DNA of 64,000 nt, taken from the NCBI GenBank assembly GCA_021851335.1, contig JAJZEA010000005.1, positions 10,132 to 74,131 on the forward strand, read 5' to 3'. Both the position numbers and the translations under genes were made by a program. Each line of letters opens with the position of its first letter. Position 1 is the first letter of the stretch. Positions 49,319 to 59,673 of the stretch are shown piece after piece. This DNA comes from Acidobacteriota bacterium. Its GTDB lineage: Bacteria > Acidobacteriota > Terriglobia > Terriglobales > Acidobacteriaceae. A model generated the notes under the pieces. It worked only from the letters and a program-made list of their open reading frames with translations. It was not told the DNA's origin and did no database searches.

Positions 49319-50293
49319 ATGACAACACAAAAAAGAGTTTTGGTAGCCGGTGCGGGCGGTTTTATTGGCTCACACCTTGCGCGACGGCTGGCAGCAGAGG
49401 GCAATTGGGTACGCGGAGCGGACCTGAAACTGCCAGAGTTTTCTCAGACAGCTTGTCAAGATTTTGTGGTTGGCGACCTCCGCGACCAGTCCGTGGCTGC
49501 GCGCGTCGTCGACGGAATCGACGAAGTCTATCAGCTTGCCGCAGATATGGGCGGTGCGGGATATATTTTTACCGGGGAGCACGATGCGGCCGTGCTGCAC
49601 AACTCGGCGACCATCAACCTGAACATCCTCGAAGCGGGACGACTGGCGGGAGTGAAGAAGTTTTTCTATTCCTCGTCGGCGTGCATCTATCCGGAACGAA
49701 ACCAGTTGGACCCGAATAATCCGATCTGCAGCGAAGAGTCGGCCTATCCGGCAGCGCCAGACAGCGAATATGGCTGGGAAAAGCTCTTCAGCGAGCGGCT
49801 CTACTTTGCCTACGCCCGCAACTACGGCATCGAGGTGCATGTCGCGCGCTTCCACAACATCTTCGGTCCCGAGGGAACCTGGCGCGGTGGTCGCGAAAAA
49901 GCTCCCGCAGCCATCTGCCGCAAGGTCGCCGAGGCCATTGATGGCTCCGCGATGGAGATCTGGGGCGACGGCGAACAGACGCGTACCTTCCTCTACGTCG
50001 ACGAGTGCGTCGAGGGCGTGCGTCGGCTGATGGAATCGGATTTCGCCGGGCCAGTGAACATTGGCTCCGAAGAGATGGTGACGATCAACGGGCTGGCGGC
50101 GATGGCGATGCAGATTGCGGGCAAGAACCTCACAAAGAACCACATCAAGGGGCCGCAGGGTGTGCGTGGACGAACCTCCGACAATCGCCTCATTCAGGAA
50201 AAATTAGGCTGGCAGCCGACTCTGCCCTTGCTGGCAGGGATGGAAAAGACCTATGCCTGGGTCGCGGAACAGGTGCTAAAAGCATCGAAATAA
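49319..50293 (+). CDS. NAD-dependent epimerase, GDP-mannose 3',5'-epimerase-like
   Basis: GAGGFIG, LAADMGGAGYI, SSACIYP, YGWEK, REKAPAAICRK. Confidence 0.88.
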   Translation: MTTQKRVLVAGAGGFIGSHLARRLAAEGNWVRGADLKLPEFSQTACQDFVVGDLRDQSVAARVVDGIDEVYQLAADMGGAGYIFTGEHDAAVLHNSATINLNILEAGRLAGVKKFFYSSSACIYPERNQLDPNNPICSEESAYPAAPDSEYGWEKLFSERLYFAYARNYGIEVHVARFHNIFGPEGTWRGGREKAPAAICRKVAEAIDGSAMEIWGDGEQTRTFLYVDECVEGVRRLMESDFAGPVNIGSEEMVTINGLAAMAMQIAGKNLTKNHIKGPQGVRGRTSDNRLIQEKLGWQPTLPLLAGMEKTYAWVAEQVLKASK

Positions 50294-50310
50294 GCCTCCA
50301 GCGCACAAAT

Positions 50311-50343
50311 GCCTCCGCCACCGAATCCCTGTCGGAGGCTTTT
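50311..50343 (+). terminator. Intrinsic terminator
   Basis: gcctccg...cggaggc followed by tttt. Confidence 0.6.
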
Positions 50344-50481
50344 GTGTCTCAAATGTTGCTCCACCCGATTCCGTATCTCCGCCCACCATCTCCGGCACGC
50401 TTCCCGTCATTTTTTCCGGTCTCCACTCACCAAGTCGCTGCCCCGATCGAGCCGTACCATGCTCTAAAATAAGCCCAGGAG

Positions 50482-50772
50482 TTGCATCCGTTGGTCCGTC
50501 ACTATCTTGTGCTGGGGCGTGTTCAGGGCGTTGGCTTTCGCTGGTTCGTCCATCGCGAAGCCAGCGAACTCGGCCTGCGCGGCTGGGTTCGCAACACCGA
50601 CGAAGGCGCAGTCGAAATCGTAGCCTCAGGCGCGGAAGACGATCTCGTCGACCTTCGCGCCGCCATCGGACGCGGTCCGCGCGGCAGCCGCGTCGATCAG
50701 GTCATCGAACACCCACTCGCAGAGAAGGAAGCTGCCTCGCTCACGCCATTTCAGATCGAAGGCGCCTGGTAA
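50482..50772 (+). CDS. acyP: Acylphosphatase
   Basis: [17 protein letters not shown]. Confidence 0.95.
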   Translation: MHPLVRHYLVLGRVQGVGFRWFVHREASELGLRGWVRNTDEGAVEIVASGAEDDLVDLRAAIGRGPRGSRVDQVIEHPLAEKEAASLTPFQIEGAW

Positions 50773-50824
50773 TCTCACACTCTGCGCAAGCTGTCTATCC
50801 CAATTCCAGGAGCCAGTCTCACCC

Positions 50825-51367
50825 ATGAGCCAGGAAGTCCATCAAACCGAAGCACTCAAAGCGCTCGTCCGCACCGTGCCCGATTACCCCAAGCCCGGCA
50901 TACTTTTTTACGACATCACCACCCTGCTCAAAGACCCCACTGGATTTGCCACGCTCACCGACGCCATGGCCGCTCACTGGCTGGAACGCAAGATCGATCT
51001 CGTTCTCGGCATTGAAGCGCGCGGCTTCATCTTCGGCCCTGCGCTCGCCTACCGCCTCAACGCCGGCTTTGTCCCCGTGCGCAAGCCGCGCAAGCTGCCC
51101 GCGCCCGTGGTCAGCGTCGCCTACGATCTCGAATACGGCTCCGACACCCTCGAAATTCACCTCGACGCCATCCAGCCCGGCCAGCGCGTTCTGCTTGTCG
51201 ATGATCTGCTCGCCACTGGCGGCACCATGGAAGCCACACTCAAGCTCGTGCGCAGGCTCGGTGGCGATCCGGTCGGCCTTGGCTTTGCTGTCGAACTCGA
51301 TTTCCTTCGTGGACGCGAGCGATTCTCCGGACTCGATGTCTTCAGCCTGCTCCATTACAGCGAGTAA
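50825..51367 (+). CDS. apt: Adenine phosphoribosyltransferase
   Basis: [38 protein letters not shown]. Confidence 0.97.
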   Translation: MSQEVHQTEALKALVRTVPDYPKPGILFYDITTLLKDPTGFATLTDAMAAHWLERKIDLVLGIEARGFIFGPALAYRLNAGFVPVRKPRKLPAPVVSVAYDLEYGSDTLEIHLDAIQPGQRVLLVDDLLATGGTMEATLKLVRRLGGDPVGLGFAVELDFLRGRERFSGLDVFSLLHYSE

Positions 51368-51407
51368 CGGCTCAGCAGCAAGCGGCCGCGCGCGCCCCGC
51401 GCAGCCG

Positions 51408-51668
51408 CTACCGCTCTTCGATCACCAGCATCTCGCCCGGCTTCAGATATCCCTTGCGCCGAAACCAATCCTCCATCGCCGCCTGCAATCGATCCAGCGG
51501 AACCAGATGGCCCGCCTCCATCAAGCCATCGGCGACAGGCAGCGTGTCGTCGAAGATCGCATCGTTGGTAAAGTTTCGCATGGCAAAATTATCGATCCAG
51601 TGCATGGGGCACGGAAGCTGTTCGCCATCGCTGTTCCGCCGCTGAACGGAAATTTTTCGCGCAAACAT
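51408..51668 (-). CDS. Small hypothetical protein
   Basis: Protein-like composition and a -10 TAAACT-N6-ATG start. Confidence 0.65.
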   Translation of the reverse strand: MFARKISVQRRNSDGEQLPCPMHWIDNFAMRNFTNDAIFDDTLPVADGLMEAGHLVPLDRLQAAMEDWFRRKGYLKPGEMLVIEER

Positions 51669-51712
51669 GTCTTCAGTTTAGGACAATCCGGCGCTTGCAG
51701 AACCGGCTCCCT

Positions 51713-52666
51713 TCAGTGCTTTTGATCCGGCTGCTGCGCTGCCGCTTTTTCCTGCTCCGCATCCACATGAAATCGCTTGTAATCCCAGTCCCGCACCGTG
51801 ATGTGCAGCCGGAATCCCATCAGCATCAGCGCGCGACCCTCCAGATGACCCTCCGACGACATGGGCAGCCAAATCTCCCCATTCACCAGCCCCTGATCAA
51901 ATCGAAACTCCGAGCCTTTCGCTATATTAGCCAGCAGCCCGCCGCCCACGTGAAAGTTATCCATAAACCGAACATTCAGATGAGCCACCTGCCGGTCCTG
52001 CTCATCGATCCAGATCGACCCGGCAATCTTCTTCAGCGCGCCCTCCGCCACCCCGTGCGTCTTCGCGTCGCGCCTGCCCACCACGTCAAACTCCAGCGTG
52101 CTCCGCCCGTTATACATCACCCTCCGCGGATTCGACACCTCCATCACTTCCAGCATCTTGCCCACGGTAATCGTCTGGTTTGGATTCTGCATCGACTGCC
52201 CGGGCGGCGTCTGCTGCGCTTTCTCTACCTCTTTCGTCACGCGCGCCTGTGCCTTGTCCGCATCGCGGCCGCTCAGCGGCTTGCCGTTTTTCTCCACAAC
52301 CCGATCGATCTCATGTCCGTTTACAAAGAAAACCTCGTCCAGCTCAGACTCTGTCTTTGTCACCTTTCCATGCGCATTCAGCGTCTCCGTCACCGTCTCT
52401 TCGCGATACGTGTAGTTCTCTCGAATCGCTTCCAGTTCCTTCTGATGCGCCTCCACCTGCTCCATCAGCGTCTTCAGATCCGGAATCGGCTTATCCGCCA
52501 GCGCCTTCGTCGCATCCGTCTTTGCAGCAGAGGACCTGGGCACAGGCGTCTGCCGCGCCTGCGCTCCCCAGCACACACCGGCAACCCCCACGCTCACCAG
52601 CACCACACTCAGAACCGCCGCGCCGCTTTTCCATCTATCTCTCATCCGGTTCCATCCATCCCTCAT
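51713..52666 (-). CDS. Secreted hypothetical protein (all-beta, MucB/LolA-like fold suspected)
   Basis: Signal peptide; ENYTY, G.IWIDEQD, EIWLP, DYKRF; start could be the second Met. Confidence 0.7.
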   Translation of the reverse strand: MRDGWNRMRDRWKSGAAVLSVVLVSVGVAGVCWGAQARQTPVPRSSAAKTDATKALADKPIPDLKTLMEQVEAHQKELEAIRENYTYREETVTETLNAHGKVTKTESELDEVFFVNGHEIDRVVEKNGKPLSGRDADKAQARVTKEVEKAQQTPPGQSMQNPNQTITVGKMLEVMEVSNPRRVMYNGRSTLEFDVVGRRDAKTHGVAEGALKKIAGSIWIDEQDRQVAHLNVRFMDNFHVGGGLLANIAKGSEFRFDQGLVNGEIWLPMSSEGHLEGRALMLMGFRLHITVRDWDYKRFHVDAEQEKAAAQQPDQKH

Positions 52667-52720
52667 TCTGCGGTCAGACTATCATCCGCCCGGCATTACA
52701 ATAACTCTGAGGATTGGACT

Positions 52721-53062
52721 ATGTTTCGTCTGCTTGGCAACTGGTGCCTGAGCGCGCTGGCCCTGCTGGTTGTCTCGCGCCTGGTGCGCGGTTTTGAGAT
52801 CGACTCCATCTCCACCGCGCTTGTCGTTGCGCTTGTCTTCGGCCTGCTCAACGCCACGCTCGGCCTGGTCCTCAAGCTGGTCACCCTCCCGCTCACCATC
52901 CTCACACTTGGCCTCTTCCTGCTTGTCGTCAATGCCATCCTGCTCGAGATGGCCGCCAGCTTCGTCCGCGGATTTCACCTCCGCAGCTTCGGCGCAGCGT
53001 TCTGGGGCGCCGCCGTCTTCGCACTGCTCCAGGTCGTGCTGCGCATGCTCACAGCAGACTGA
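52721..53062 (+). CDS. YvlD/DUF360 4-TM 'phage holin family' membrane protein
   Basis: ALVFGLLNA.L..VLKLVTLPLTILTLGLFLLVVNA. Confidence 0.9.
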   Translation: MFRLLGNWCLSALALLVVSRLVRGFEIDSISTALVVALVFGLLNATLGLVLKLVTLPLTILTLGLFLLVVNAILLEMAASFVRGFHLRSFGAAFWGAAVFALLQVVLRMLTAD

Positions 53063-53267
53063 CCACGCGGCACCAACTCCGCTTGCCTTCACCCTGCGCC
53101 GGAGCCGGAACCGAAAACATGCCCCGAAAACATGTGCCGTAAACGTGAGCCGGAACTGCGGCCAATCAGACCAGACGTACCCGCAAAAAATGCGGGGCAG
53201 CATTTTTCCCTGAGAAAAAATCCTGCCCCGCAACGCACACGCCAGCTATAGCCGTTTCAACTCTCTC

Positions 53268-53774
53268 CTAACGCGGAGAATCCTCCGCCGCGTGAACTCC
53301 CGTCGTCTTCTTCTGCGCCGCCTTTGGCTTCACAGCCCCGGGGCTGCCTGCGCTTCGCCTTGGAGCGGGCGAAATATACATCGGCTTCACCGTCGGCGGC
53401 ACTCGCATCGATCCCGCGGTTCCGAAACTGCCCGCCGCATGCGGCCCCGGCACAGTGGGCTGCGCAGCGTGCGCTGTCGGCACACTTCCCGATCCATCCC
53501 GGCTCACCGCTGCGCCGGTGTGAAATAGACCCACCCATGCGGTCGCCATCACCACCGCAACCGTCACTCCGCCGACCCACACCGCGCGCATCTGCCACCA
53601 CGTTTGTCGCGGCATCGTCGCCTCGGCCCTCAGGCGCGACAGCACCCGCTGCTCCAGTCCCGCGGGCGGTTCCTCACGCGCCAACAACTTCAGCGTCGCG
53701 CACTCCGGGCATCCAGCCGTCGTTGCGCCGGCTCCAGAGCCTTCTTCGATCGAATTGTTCTGTTCATGGTTCAT
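53268..53774 (-). CDS. Putative membrane-bound anti-sigma factor
   Basis: CPEC, EPPAGLEQRVL, single TM; overlaps the ECF sigma stop. Confidence 0.7.
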   Translation of the reverse strand: MNHEQNNSIEEGSGAGATTAGCPECATLKLLAREEPPAGLEQRVLSRLRAEATMPRQTWWQMRAVWVGGVTVAVVMATAWVGLFHTGAAVSRDGSGSVPTAHAAQPTVPGPHAAGSFGTAGSMRVPPTVKPMYISPAPRRSAGSPGAVKPKAAQKKTTGVHAAEDSPR

Positions 53775-54352
53775 CGCAAACCTCGCCCCATCTTTTCCGC
53801 CATCAGCCCCCGTGCGCGAAACAACCGTGAGCGCACCGCCGATTCCGTCGTCCGAAGCACCTCGGCAATCTCCACACTGCTCAGCTCTTCCAGCGCAGAG
53901 AGCATCATCACCTCTCGCTCCTTGGTCGGCAACTCCTCGATCCAGCGCAACATCGTTGCATGTCGCTGCGCCGAGACGGCCAGCTCTTCGGCGCTCAGTC
54001 CTTGCGCCGTCAGAATCCGCTCAAAATCCGCAATATCTTCGTTCTCCGGTCGCGTCTTCATGCGCCGTTTGCGGTCCAGCACGATATTCCACACAATCCG
54101 CACCAGCCACACGCGCGCATCGCGAATCTCCGCCAGTTGCTCGCGCTTCTTCAGCACGCGCAGAAACGCCTCCTGCACCGCATCCTCAGCCTCGGTCGCG
54201 TTGCGCAGGACAGAGTTTGCCACGCGAAACATCGCGCCGGAGTAAGCCATCACCAGCTCTTCCACCGTCGCGTCCGCAGCCGCTCTCGCCTCTCGCTTTG
54301 TCCCCTTCATCCGATCCGGCATTCCCGGCATCGCTACGGTCACAGTGCTCAT
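53771..54352 (-). CDS. ECF RNA polymerase sigma factor
   Basis: EAEDAVQEAF, WLVRI..N, LP...REV..L, EIA.VL...ESAVRSRLFRAR. Confidence 0.95.
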   Translation of the reverse strand: MSTVTVAMPGMPDRMKGTKREARAAADATVEELVMAYSGAMFRVANSVLRNATEAEDAVQEAFLRVLKKREQLAEIRDARVWLVRIVWNIVLDRKRRMKTRPENEDIADFERILTAQGLSAEELAVSAQRHATMLRWIEELPTKEREVMMLSALEELSSVEIAEVLRTTESAVRSRLFRARGLMAEKMGRGLR

Positions 54353-54361
54353 CACACACTG

Positions 54362-54387
54362 GACGCAAGCTGCCTGCTTTTCGCTCA
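54362..54387 (-). promoter_or_regulatory. Candidate ECF autoregulatory promoter
   Basis: TGAGCG-N16-CGTC, 9 nt before the ATG. Confidence 0.45.
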
Positions 54388-54444
54388 AAAAACAGCGCAG
54401 CCCGCTCATCCGCGGGCTGGCTTCGATCCGTTTTCCTTGTCCCT

Positions 54445-55155
54445 TCAGTTCTGCGCCGGCAACCTCTGCGCGGCAATCGCTCCGGCAGCTCCGTCCTTGT
54501 CGGCATCCTTCACCTTGGCCCACAGCGCCTTGGCCTGATCCTTCTTGCCCTCCGCGCTGTAAAGATCCGCCAACGCGAGTTCGGCATTGAACGCCGGCAC
54601 AGCCGTCGTTCCCTTCCCCGCGCCCAGTTGCTGATAGACCGCAACCGCCTGCGCATCGCGACCGGTCTGGTGATACAGACCAGCCAAAGCAAAGTTTGCC
54701 AGGCTTGCCAGATTGCTATCCCACGCGCTCGAAGCCTGCTTCAACTCGCTCTCCGCCGCGGCATTGTTGCCCAGTGCTTCGTCCGTCAGGCCCAGAAAGT
54801 AGTGCGCCTTGGAAGCCTGCGGCAGCATCTTGTACTGGTCCACAATCTGCTCAAACATCTTGTTGGCCGCGCGAGCGCGATCCGCTGCATTGGCATAGAC
54901 TCCTGCCTCGGCCGGAAGACCTGGCTGCGCCAGCGGCGCGCTATAGGCATCGATCGCCTGACCCAGCGCCGTCTCGGCCGCACTCGATCGCTGCTGATAA
55001 ATCACTCCTGCGGCAACAGCCAGCACAACCAGAATGATCACAGGTATCGAATACCGCAGTAACGCTGCGCGATTCTTCGCCACCCAGCCCACGCTCTCCT
55101 GCGTCGCCATTACAAACTTGTCTTGTTTCAGTGCATGTCTTGTCTGTGAATCCAC
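54445..55155 (-). CDS. YfgM-like TPR membrane protein (ancillary SecYEG subunit family)
   Basis: N-terminal RHALKQDKF, single TM, TPR-like helices. Confidence 0.75.
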   Translation of the reverse strand: MDSQTRHALKQDKFVMATQESVGWVAKNRAALLRYSIPVIILVVLAVAAGVIYQQRSSAAETALGQAIDAYSAPLAQPGLPAEAGVYANAADRARAANKMFEQIVDQYKMLPQASKAHYFLGLTDEALGNNAAAESELKQASSAWDSNLASLANFALAGLYHQTGRDAQAVAVYQQLGAGKGTTAVPAFNAELALADLYSAEGKKDQAKALWAKVKDADKDGAAGAIAAQRLPAQN

Positions 55156-55346
55156 AAAAATCCTTCCAAGTACAAATGAAAATTCCAGCTATGCTCGCTG
55201 GCTGGAGCGCGCCCCGCGCGAGACCCTGGTGCGCCGCATGCTTCGTTTGCAAAAACCCGGCGGGTAACTCCGATTTTCGTTCAAAGATCAGCGCTTTCAG
55301 TAGACTATCAGGCTCGCGCCAAGACGGTCGAGACAGACCGCTGCAT

Positions 55347-55373
55347 AAACAGAAACGGGGCTGTCGCCAGCCC
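55347..55373 (-). terminator. Probable terminator of the Oar-like receptor gene
   Basis: gggctg-GCGA-cagccc followed by cgtttctgttt on the minus strand. Confidence 0.5.
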
Positions 55374-55399
55374 AGTCCCGCTTGCCCACGGAAGTGCAA

Positions 55400-58300
55400 T
55401 CAGAAGTTCAGATGCAATCCCATGTCGATGATGCGCGCGCTGCCGATCGTTCCCGTCACGGACCCGAAGGGCGAGCCGGCGACCACCGTGTTGCGCCCTG
55501 TGCCCGTCGCGCTCAAAGCCGGTGAAACATAAAGCTGGTTCACCACGTTTTGAATCGTCGGGCTGTTGAAGTTCGTATTGATCGGCGCCGTCACCTGCCC
55601 ATAGTTGGCCGTGCCGCCCACAAATGCCTGACCAATCTGCGTCTGATCCTGCGGAATGTCCAGGCTTGTCGTGTTCGTCACGTTGTACACATTGAACTCA
55701 TACTGCGCGATGATCGACTGCTTGATGTGGAAGTCCTTCCGCAACGAGACGTCGGCGCGCTTCTGGAATGCCTGCCGGAAGATGTTGCGCTGGTTGCCCG
55801 GCGCATAATCCGTCTCGTAGAAGTCGCATGGCTCGTTGTTCGTGCATCCCGGAACACCCTTTTGTCCCGGAGTAATATAGTTGATCGCAATCTGGCTCGG
55901 ATCAATCGCCGGAATATAGTTCGTTCCCTGACGGAATGCGCCACTGTGGCCTGTCAGCGCGCTGCGCGGATTCGTAGGATTCTTGATGCCCAGCACCGGG
56001 TTCAGCAGCGTCGGAAAGTTGCCGTAGTACAAGCTCGCCACCGCGCCATAGAACTCATACAAGCTGTACGGCTCGCCGCTTTGCAGCGTCGTAATGCCCG
56101 ACAGCCTCCAGTCGTTCGTCACATACGAGAGCCACGAGTGACTCTTCACCGGGTTCGGCAACTCGATCAGGAAGTTCATCGTAAAGACGTTCGTACGATC
56201 GAAATCCGACAGCGCATAGGAGCTGCGCAGGTTGTTCGGATTGCTGCCCGTAAAGAACAAGCCGATATCGCTTTGCTCGTCGTGCGAACGGCTGAACGTG
56301 TAGCTGATCCCCGCCTGATAGTGATGCGAGAGCCGTTTTTCGAGGTGCGTCTCAAGACCATCGTATGCCGAAGTTCCCGCCGCCTTGAACAGTGCTGCGT
56401 TCGGGCTGTAGCCCACGTAAGGCGTGCGGAAATCGACGTTGCCGCCGTCATAGCCATCCCACGGCTCGGTCGAGATTGGAGCCAGGTCGCCGTATGCATC
56501 CACCGGCGGTGCCGACGCATTCAGCACCTGATAGCCATAGCTGTATTTCTCGCCGTTGACCGGCTTCGATTGCGTCGCAATCGTCGGCTGGTTAAACGGA
56601 ATCGGAACCACGCCATGGAATCCGCGATTGCCCGTGTAGCCAATCGAGAACGCAAAGTCCGCCGATGCCTGCCACTGGAACTTCAGCGAAAAGTTCGTCG
56701 TATACGGCAGCTTGTTGTCCCGCGCATAGGCGCCAAAGCTGAATGGCGAAACGCACCCGCTGCCAAACGTCGCCTGGTTGTTCTGCGCCGTGCAGTTCTG
56801 CAGGTTAGAAGTCAGAATCTGCTGCAACTGCGTATTGAAAAACTGCGGGTTCGCATTCGGCGGCGTAATCACCACACCCTGCAATGGATTCTCAAACGAG
56901 CCGCTTCCCGTATAGTAGTTCGAAAGCGGCGGCGCTTCCGTCACGCCAAACGGTCCGCCAATCGAACCACCCGCGGGCTGCGAAAGATAAGTGAACAGTT
57001 CGCCGCGATCATAGTAGATGCCCGCGCCGCCCGAGATCACCACCTTGCCGTCATCCCGCTTCGGCGACCACGCAAATCCCACACGGGGCGAAATGCCCCA
57101 CTGTCGGCCGGTCTGCGTCGAGTTGCTCACGCCTGCGGTCGGAAAGTACTTGTTGTTGCCCGCCACAATGAATCCGGCGTTGTTCACCGTAAAGCCCGTG
57201 CTCGTGCCCGATGCGCTCGCGCCGTCCGTCACCGAGCTGCCGTTCACGTTATAGCGTGTCGGGTCAAAGTTGAAGATGTTGCCATACTTTTCCGTGAACG
57301 CGCCATGATAGTCATAGCGCACGCCCGCCGTCAGGCTCAGATTGCCCGTCGCCTGGAACTTGTCCTGCACATAACCGTCCGCCTCGTTCGTCCGATAGTA
57401 GCGGTTCGCCAGGTTCTGCCCCTGCGCGCTGATGCTGTCAAAGTAGTTCGACTTCGACACCGAACCGGCCAGCAGATGGGGAAAATCCTTCGTCGTCAAC
57501 TCGCCGATGCCGCTGCGCAGATTGCGAATATTGAGCTGCGTATAGCTGTAGCCGCCGCCAAAGATCAGCGTATGCCGACCGATCGTATAAATCAGACTCG
57601 ACGAAGGGTTCAGGCGATTCTGAAAATACCCGTCATCCACAAACGCGCTCGCCGGACCCGCCGTCATCGAAGACTGACTGTTGTTCACCGCAAACTTGCT
57701 GAAGGTCATTCCCGGCAAACCCACAGCATTTGGAAAACCAATCCCGAATGTCGGTCCGTTTGCGCTCGTCACCTGCTGATTAAAATTGCTGTACACCTTG
57801 ATGCGCGCAAAGCCCAGCGTCTGCACCCAGTTCAGCCGCGGCCCGATCGTCATGCTATTCGTAAGCGCTGCCACCTGCGAGCCAGAGTCTTCCTTCTGCG
57901 GAAATCCGCCCGCCGTCGAAACACCATACGGCGAAAGGTACGGATCAAGCTGATAGTAGTACTTGGCCGAAAGCTGATCGTTCGGCGTGACGTTGTAATC
58001 CATCGCCACCGTCGCCTGCTTGGAGTTGAACAGCGTGCTGCCGATCAGCGTCACGTTCGGCGTAAACGACGCCACCAGATTCGGATCCGTATTCTGCGCC
58101 GAAGGAATCAGGTACTGTCCATTCGGCAGCTTGGCATTGAACAGCGCATCCACAATCGGGTCCACCGTCACCGACGAAACCGTGTTCTGTCCGCTCGCCG
58201 TGTAGTACGAATTCAACGCGCTCAACAACCCTGCATTCGAGCGATCATCCGTCAATCCATACGGCACAATCGTCTGCGACAATCCCGTCGACTGGTCGGC

Positions 58301-59383
58301 CGTATGCATCTGCTGATACCCCAGAAAGAAAAACAGCCGGTTGCGAATGATCGGTCCGCCTATCGTCCCACCCACATAATCCTTGTGCAACTGCGGATTC
58401 ACAATCGAAGACGGAAACGACGCCGGCGAAATCAAGTTTGCCTGCTTGAAGAAAAACGGCGCGGCATTCATCGCATTCGTCGCGCGAGTGCCCCACGCCG
58501 CCCCGTGATACGCATTCGTTCCCGACTGCGTATTGGCGTCAATCTGCGCTCCGCTCGTCGCTCCCTGCTGCGAATCGTACTGCGACGTATTCACACGTAG
58601 TTCCTGCAAGAAATCCGGCGGCGGCGTCGGCATTCCGTTGCCGTTCGAGCCATACACCGAGGCTCCGTTCTGGATCGCACCACCCACCGTCGAACCTTGC
58701 CCGATGTTGAAGTTGTACCGCTGCGAAACATCCTGGCTCGAACTCTTGCCATTGAACAGGTTCGTCACATCCACGCCGTCCACCTGAAACGTGTTCGACG
58801 TATCGCGCTGACCATTCGCCCAGATCGGCTGATTGCCCAATCCCGCATTCGCCCCGATGCCGCTCAGAAACTCCGCATTCACGCCCGGCGACAAGATCGC
58901 AAGCTGCGTAAAGCTGCCCGTCGCCAGCGGCGTCTCGGCAATCTGCGCCTTGTCCAGCGTATATCCGTTCGTCGCATCCGTTGCGTTCAGCATCGGATTC
59001 GCAGTCACCGTCACAACCTCGACTGCTTTGCCCACCTTCAACGCCGGATTCACCGTCGTCGCGCTGGCCTCCTGCACCCGCACGCTCTCCTGGATCGTCT
59101 TGTCAAATCCATCGCGCTCTACAGTCATCTGATAGGTGCCGACCGGCAGGTTCAAAATCTGATAGTAGCCATTGTTCTGGCTCTTCACGGTGCGCGTCAC
59201 GCTCGTCGCCACGTTCGTCACCGTGATCGTCGCTCCTCCAACCACCGCGCCGCTCGCGTCCTCGACCGTGCCGTTAATCGCGCCCAGTGTGGTCTGCGCC
59301 ACTGCCCGCATTCCCATGCCTGCCACCAGAGCAAGCAGGACAATCAAGGCACACCTCATCCTCAAACAGAACTTTGCTGTCAT
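55400..59383 (-). CDS. Large Oar-like TonB-dependent receptor
   Basis: Signal peptide, G.V.DASGAVVGGA, LAILSPG, NGQR..N.FQVDG, SPRVGFAW, NVTN, C-terminal LHLNF. Confidence 0.92.
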   Translation of the reverse strand: MTAKFCLRMRCALIVLLALVAGMGMRAVAQTTLGAINGTVEDASGAVVGGATITVTNVATSVTRTVKSQNNGYYQILNLPVGTYQMTVERDGFDKTIQESVRVQEASATTVNPALKVGKAVEVVTVTANPMLNATDATNGYTLDKAQIAETPLATGSFTQLAILSPGVNAEFLSGIGANAGLGNQPIWANGQRDTSNTFQVDGVDVTNLFNGKSSSQDVSQRYNFNIGQGSTVGGAIQNGASVYGSNGNGMPTPPPDFLQELRVNTSQYDSQQGATSGAQIDANTQSGTNAYHGAAWGTRATNAMNAAPFFFKQANLISPASFPSSIVNPQLHKDYVGGTIGGPIIRNRLFFFLGYQQMHTADQSTGLSQTIVPYGLTDDRSNAGLLSALNSYYTASGQNTVSSVTVDPIVDALFNAKLPNGQYLIPSAQNTDPNLVASFTPNVTLIGSTLFNSKQATVAMDYNVTPNDQLSAKYYYQLDPYLSPYGVSTAGGFPQKEDSGSQVAALTNSMTIGPRLNWVQTLGFARIKVYSNFNQQVTSANGPTFGIGFPNAVGLPGMTFSKFAVNNSQSSMTAGPASAFVDDGYFQNRLNPSSSLIYTIGRHTLIFGGGYSYTQLNIRNLRSGIGELTTKDFPHLLAGSVSKSNYFDSISAQGQNLANRYYRTNEADGYVQDKFQATGNLSLTAGVRYDYHGAFTEKYGNIFNFDPTRYNVNGSSVTDGASASGTSTGFTVNNAGFIVAGNNKYFPTAGVSNSTQTGRQWGISPRVGFAWSPKRDDGKVVISGGAGIYYDRGELFTYLSQPAGGSIGGPFGVTEAPPLSNYYTGSGSFENPLQGVVITPPNANPQFFNTQLQQILTSNLQNCTAQNNQATFGSGCVSPFSFGAYARDNKLPYTTNFSLKFQWQASADFAFSIGYTGNRGFHGVVPIPFNQPTIATQSKPVNGEKYSYGYQVLNASAPPVDAYGDLAPISTEPWDGYDGGNVDFRTPYVGYSPNAALFKAAGTSAYDGLETHLEKRLSHHYQAGISYTFSRSHDEQSDIGLFFTGSNPNNLRSSYALSDFDRTNVFTMNFLIELPNPVKSHSWLSYVTNDWRLSGITTLQSGEPYSLYEFYGAVASLYYGNFPTLLNPVLGIKNPTNPRSALTGHSGAFRQGTNYIPAIDPSQIAINYITPGQKGVPGCTNNEPCDFYETDYAPGNQRNIFRQAFQKRADVSLRKDFHIKQSIIAQYEFNVYNVTNTTSLDIPQDQTQIGQAFVGGTANYGQVTAPINTNFNSPTIQNVVNQLYVSPALSATGTGRNTVVAGSPFGSVTGTIGSARIIDMGLHLNF

Positions 59384-59673
59384 AGTCTCCTCATGAACTA
59401 CAAATCCAAAACGGGAAAAATACTGAACAGGCGCATGGGCTGCGCTCGATTGGGGTCAAAATGAGTCTTCCGCCAGAAAAATTGAGTCGGCGAATGTGGT
59501 TAGTTTCAGGATAGATATCCCCCTGGAAAGGATGATGAAAATCCAGAGAATTTCACCCTGATGGCCAATAATCCGGCCATTTGCCCGTCAAAATCTGCCT
59601 GAAAGCTGACTTGATTGTAAAGCGAATCCGGCGTTTCGCAAAGGTGATTTTTTCGCCCGCCGCGCCCGCCGGT

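Noticed and set aside
52721-53062. 'Phage holin' as evidence of a prophage
   Set aside because: The YvlD/DUF360 family is commonly chromosomal, and no phage genes are nearby
55550-58600. 1016-aa plus-strand ORF
   Set aside because: Antisense shadow of the TonB receptor; Arg/Val-rich with no motifs, explained by high-GC codon bias
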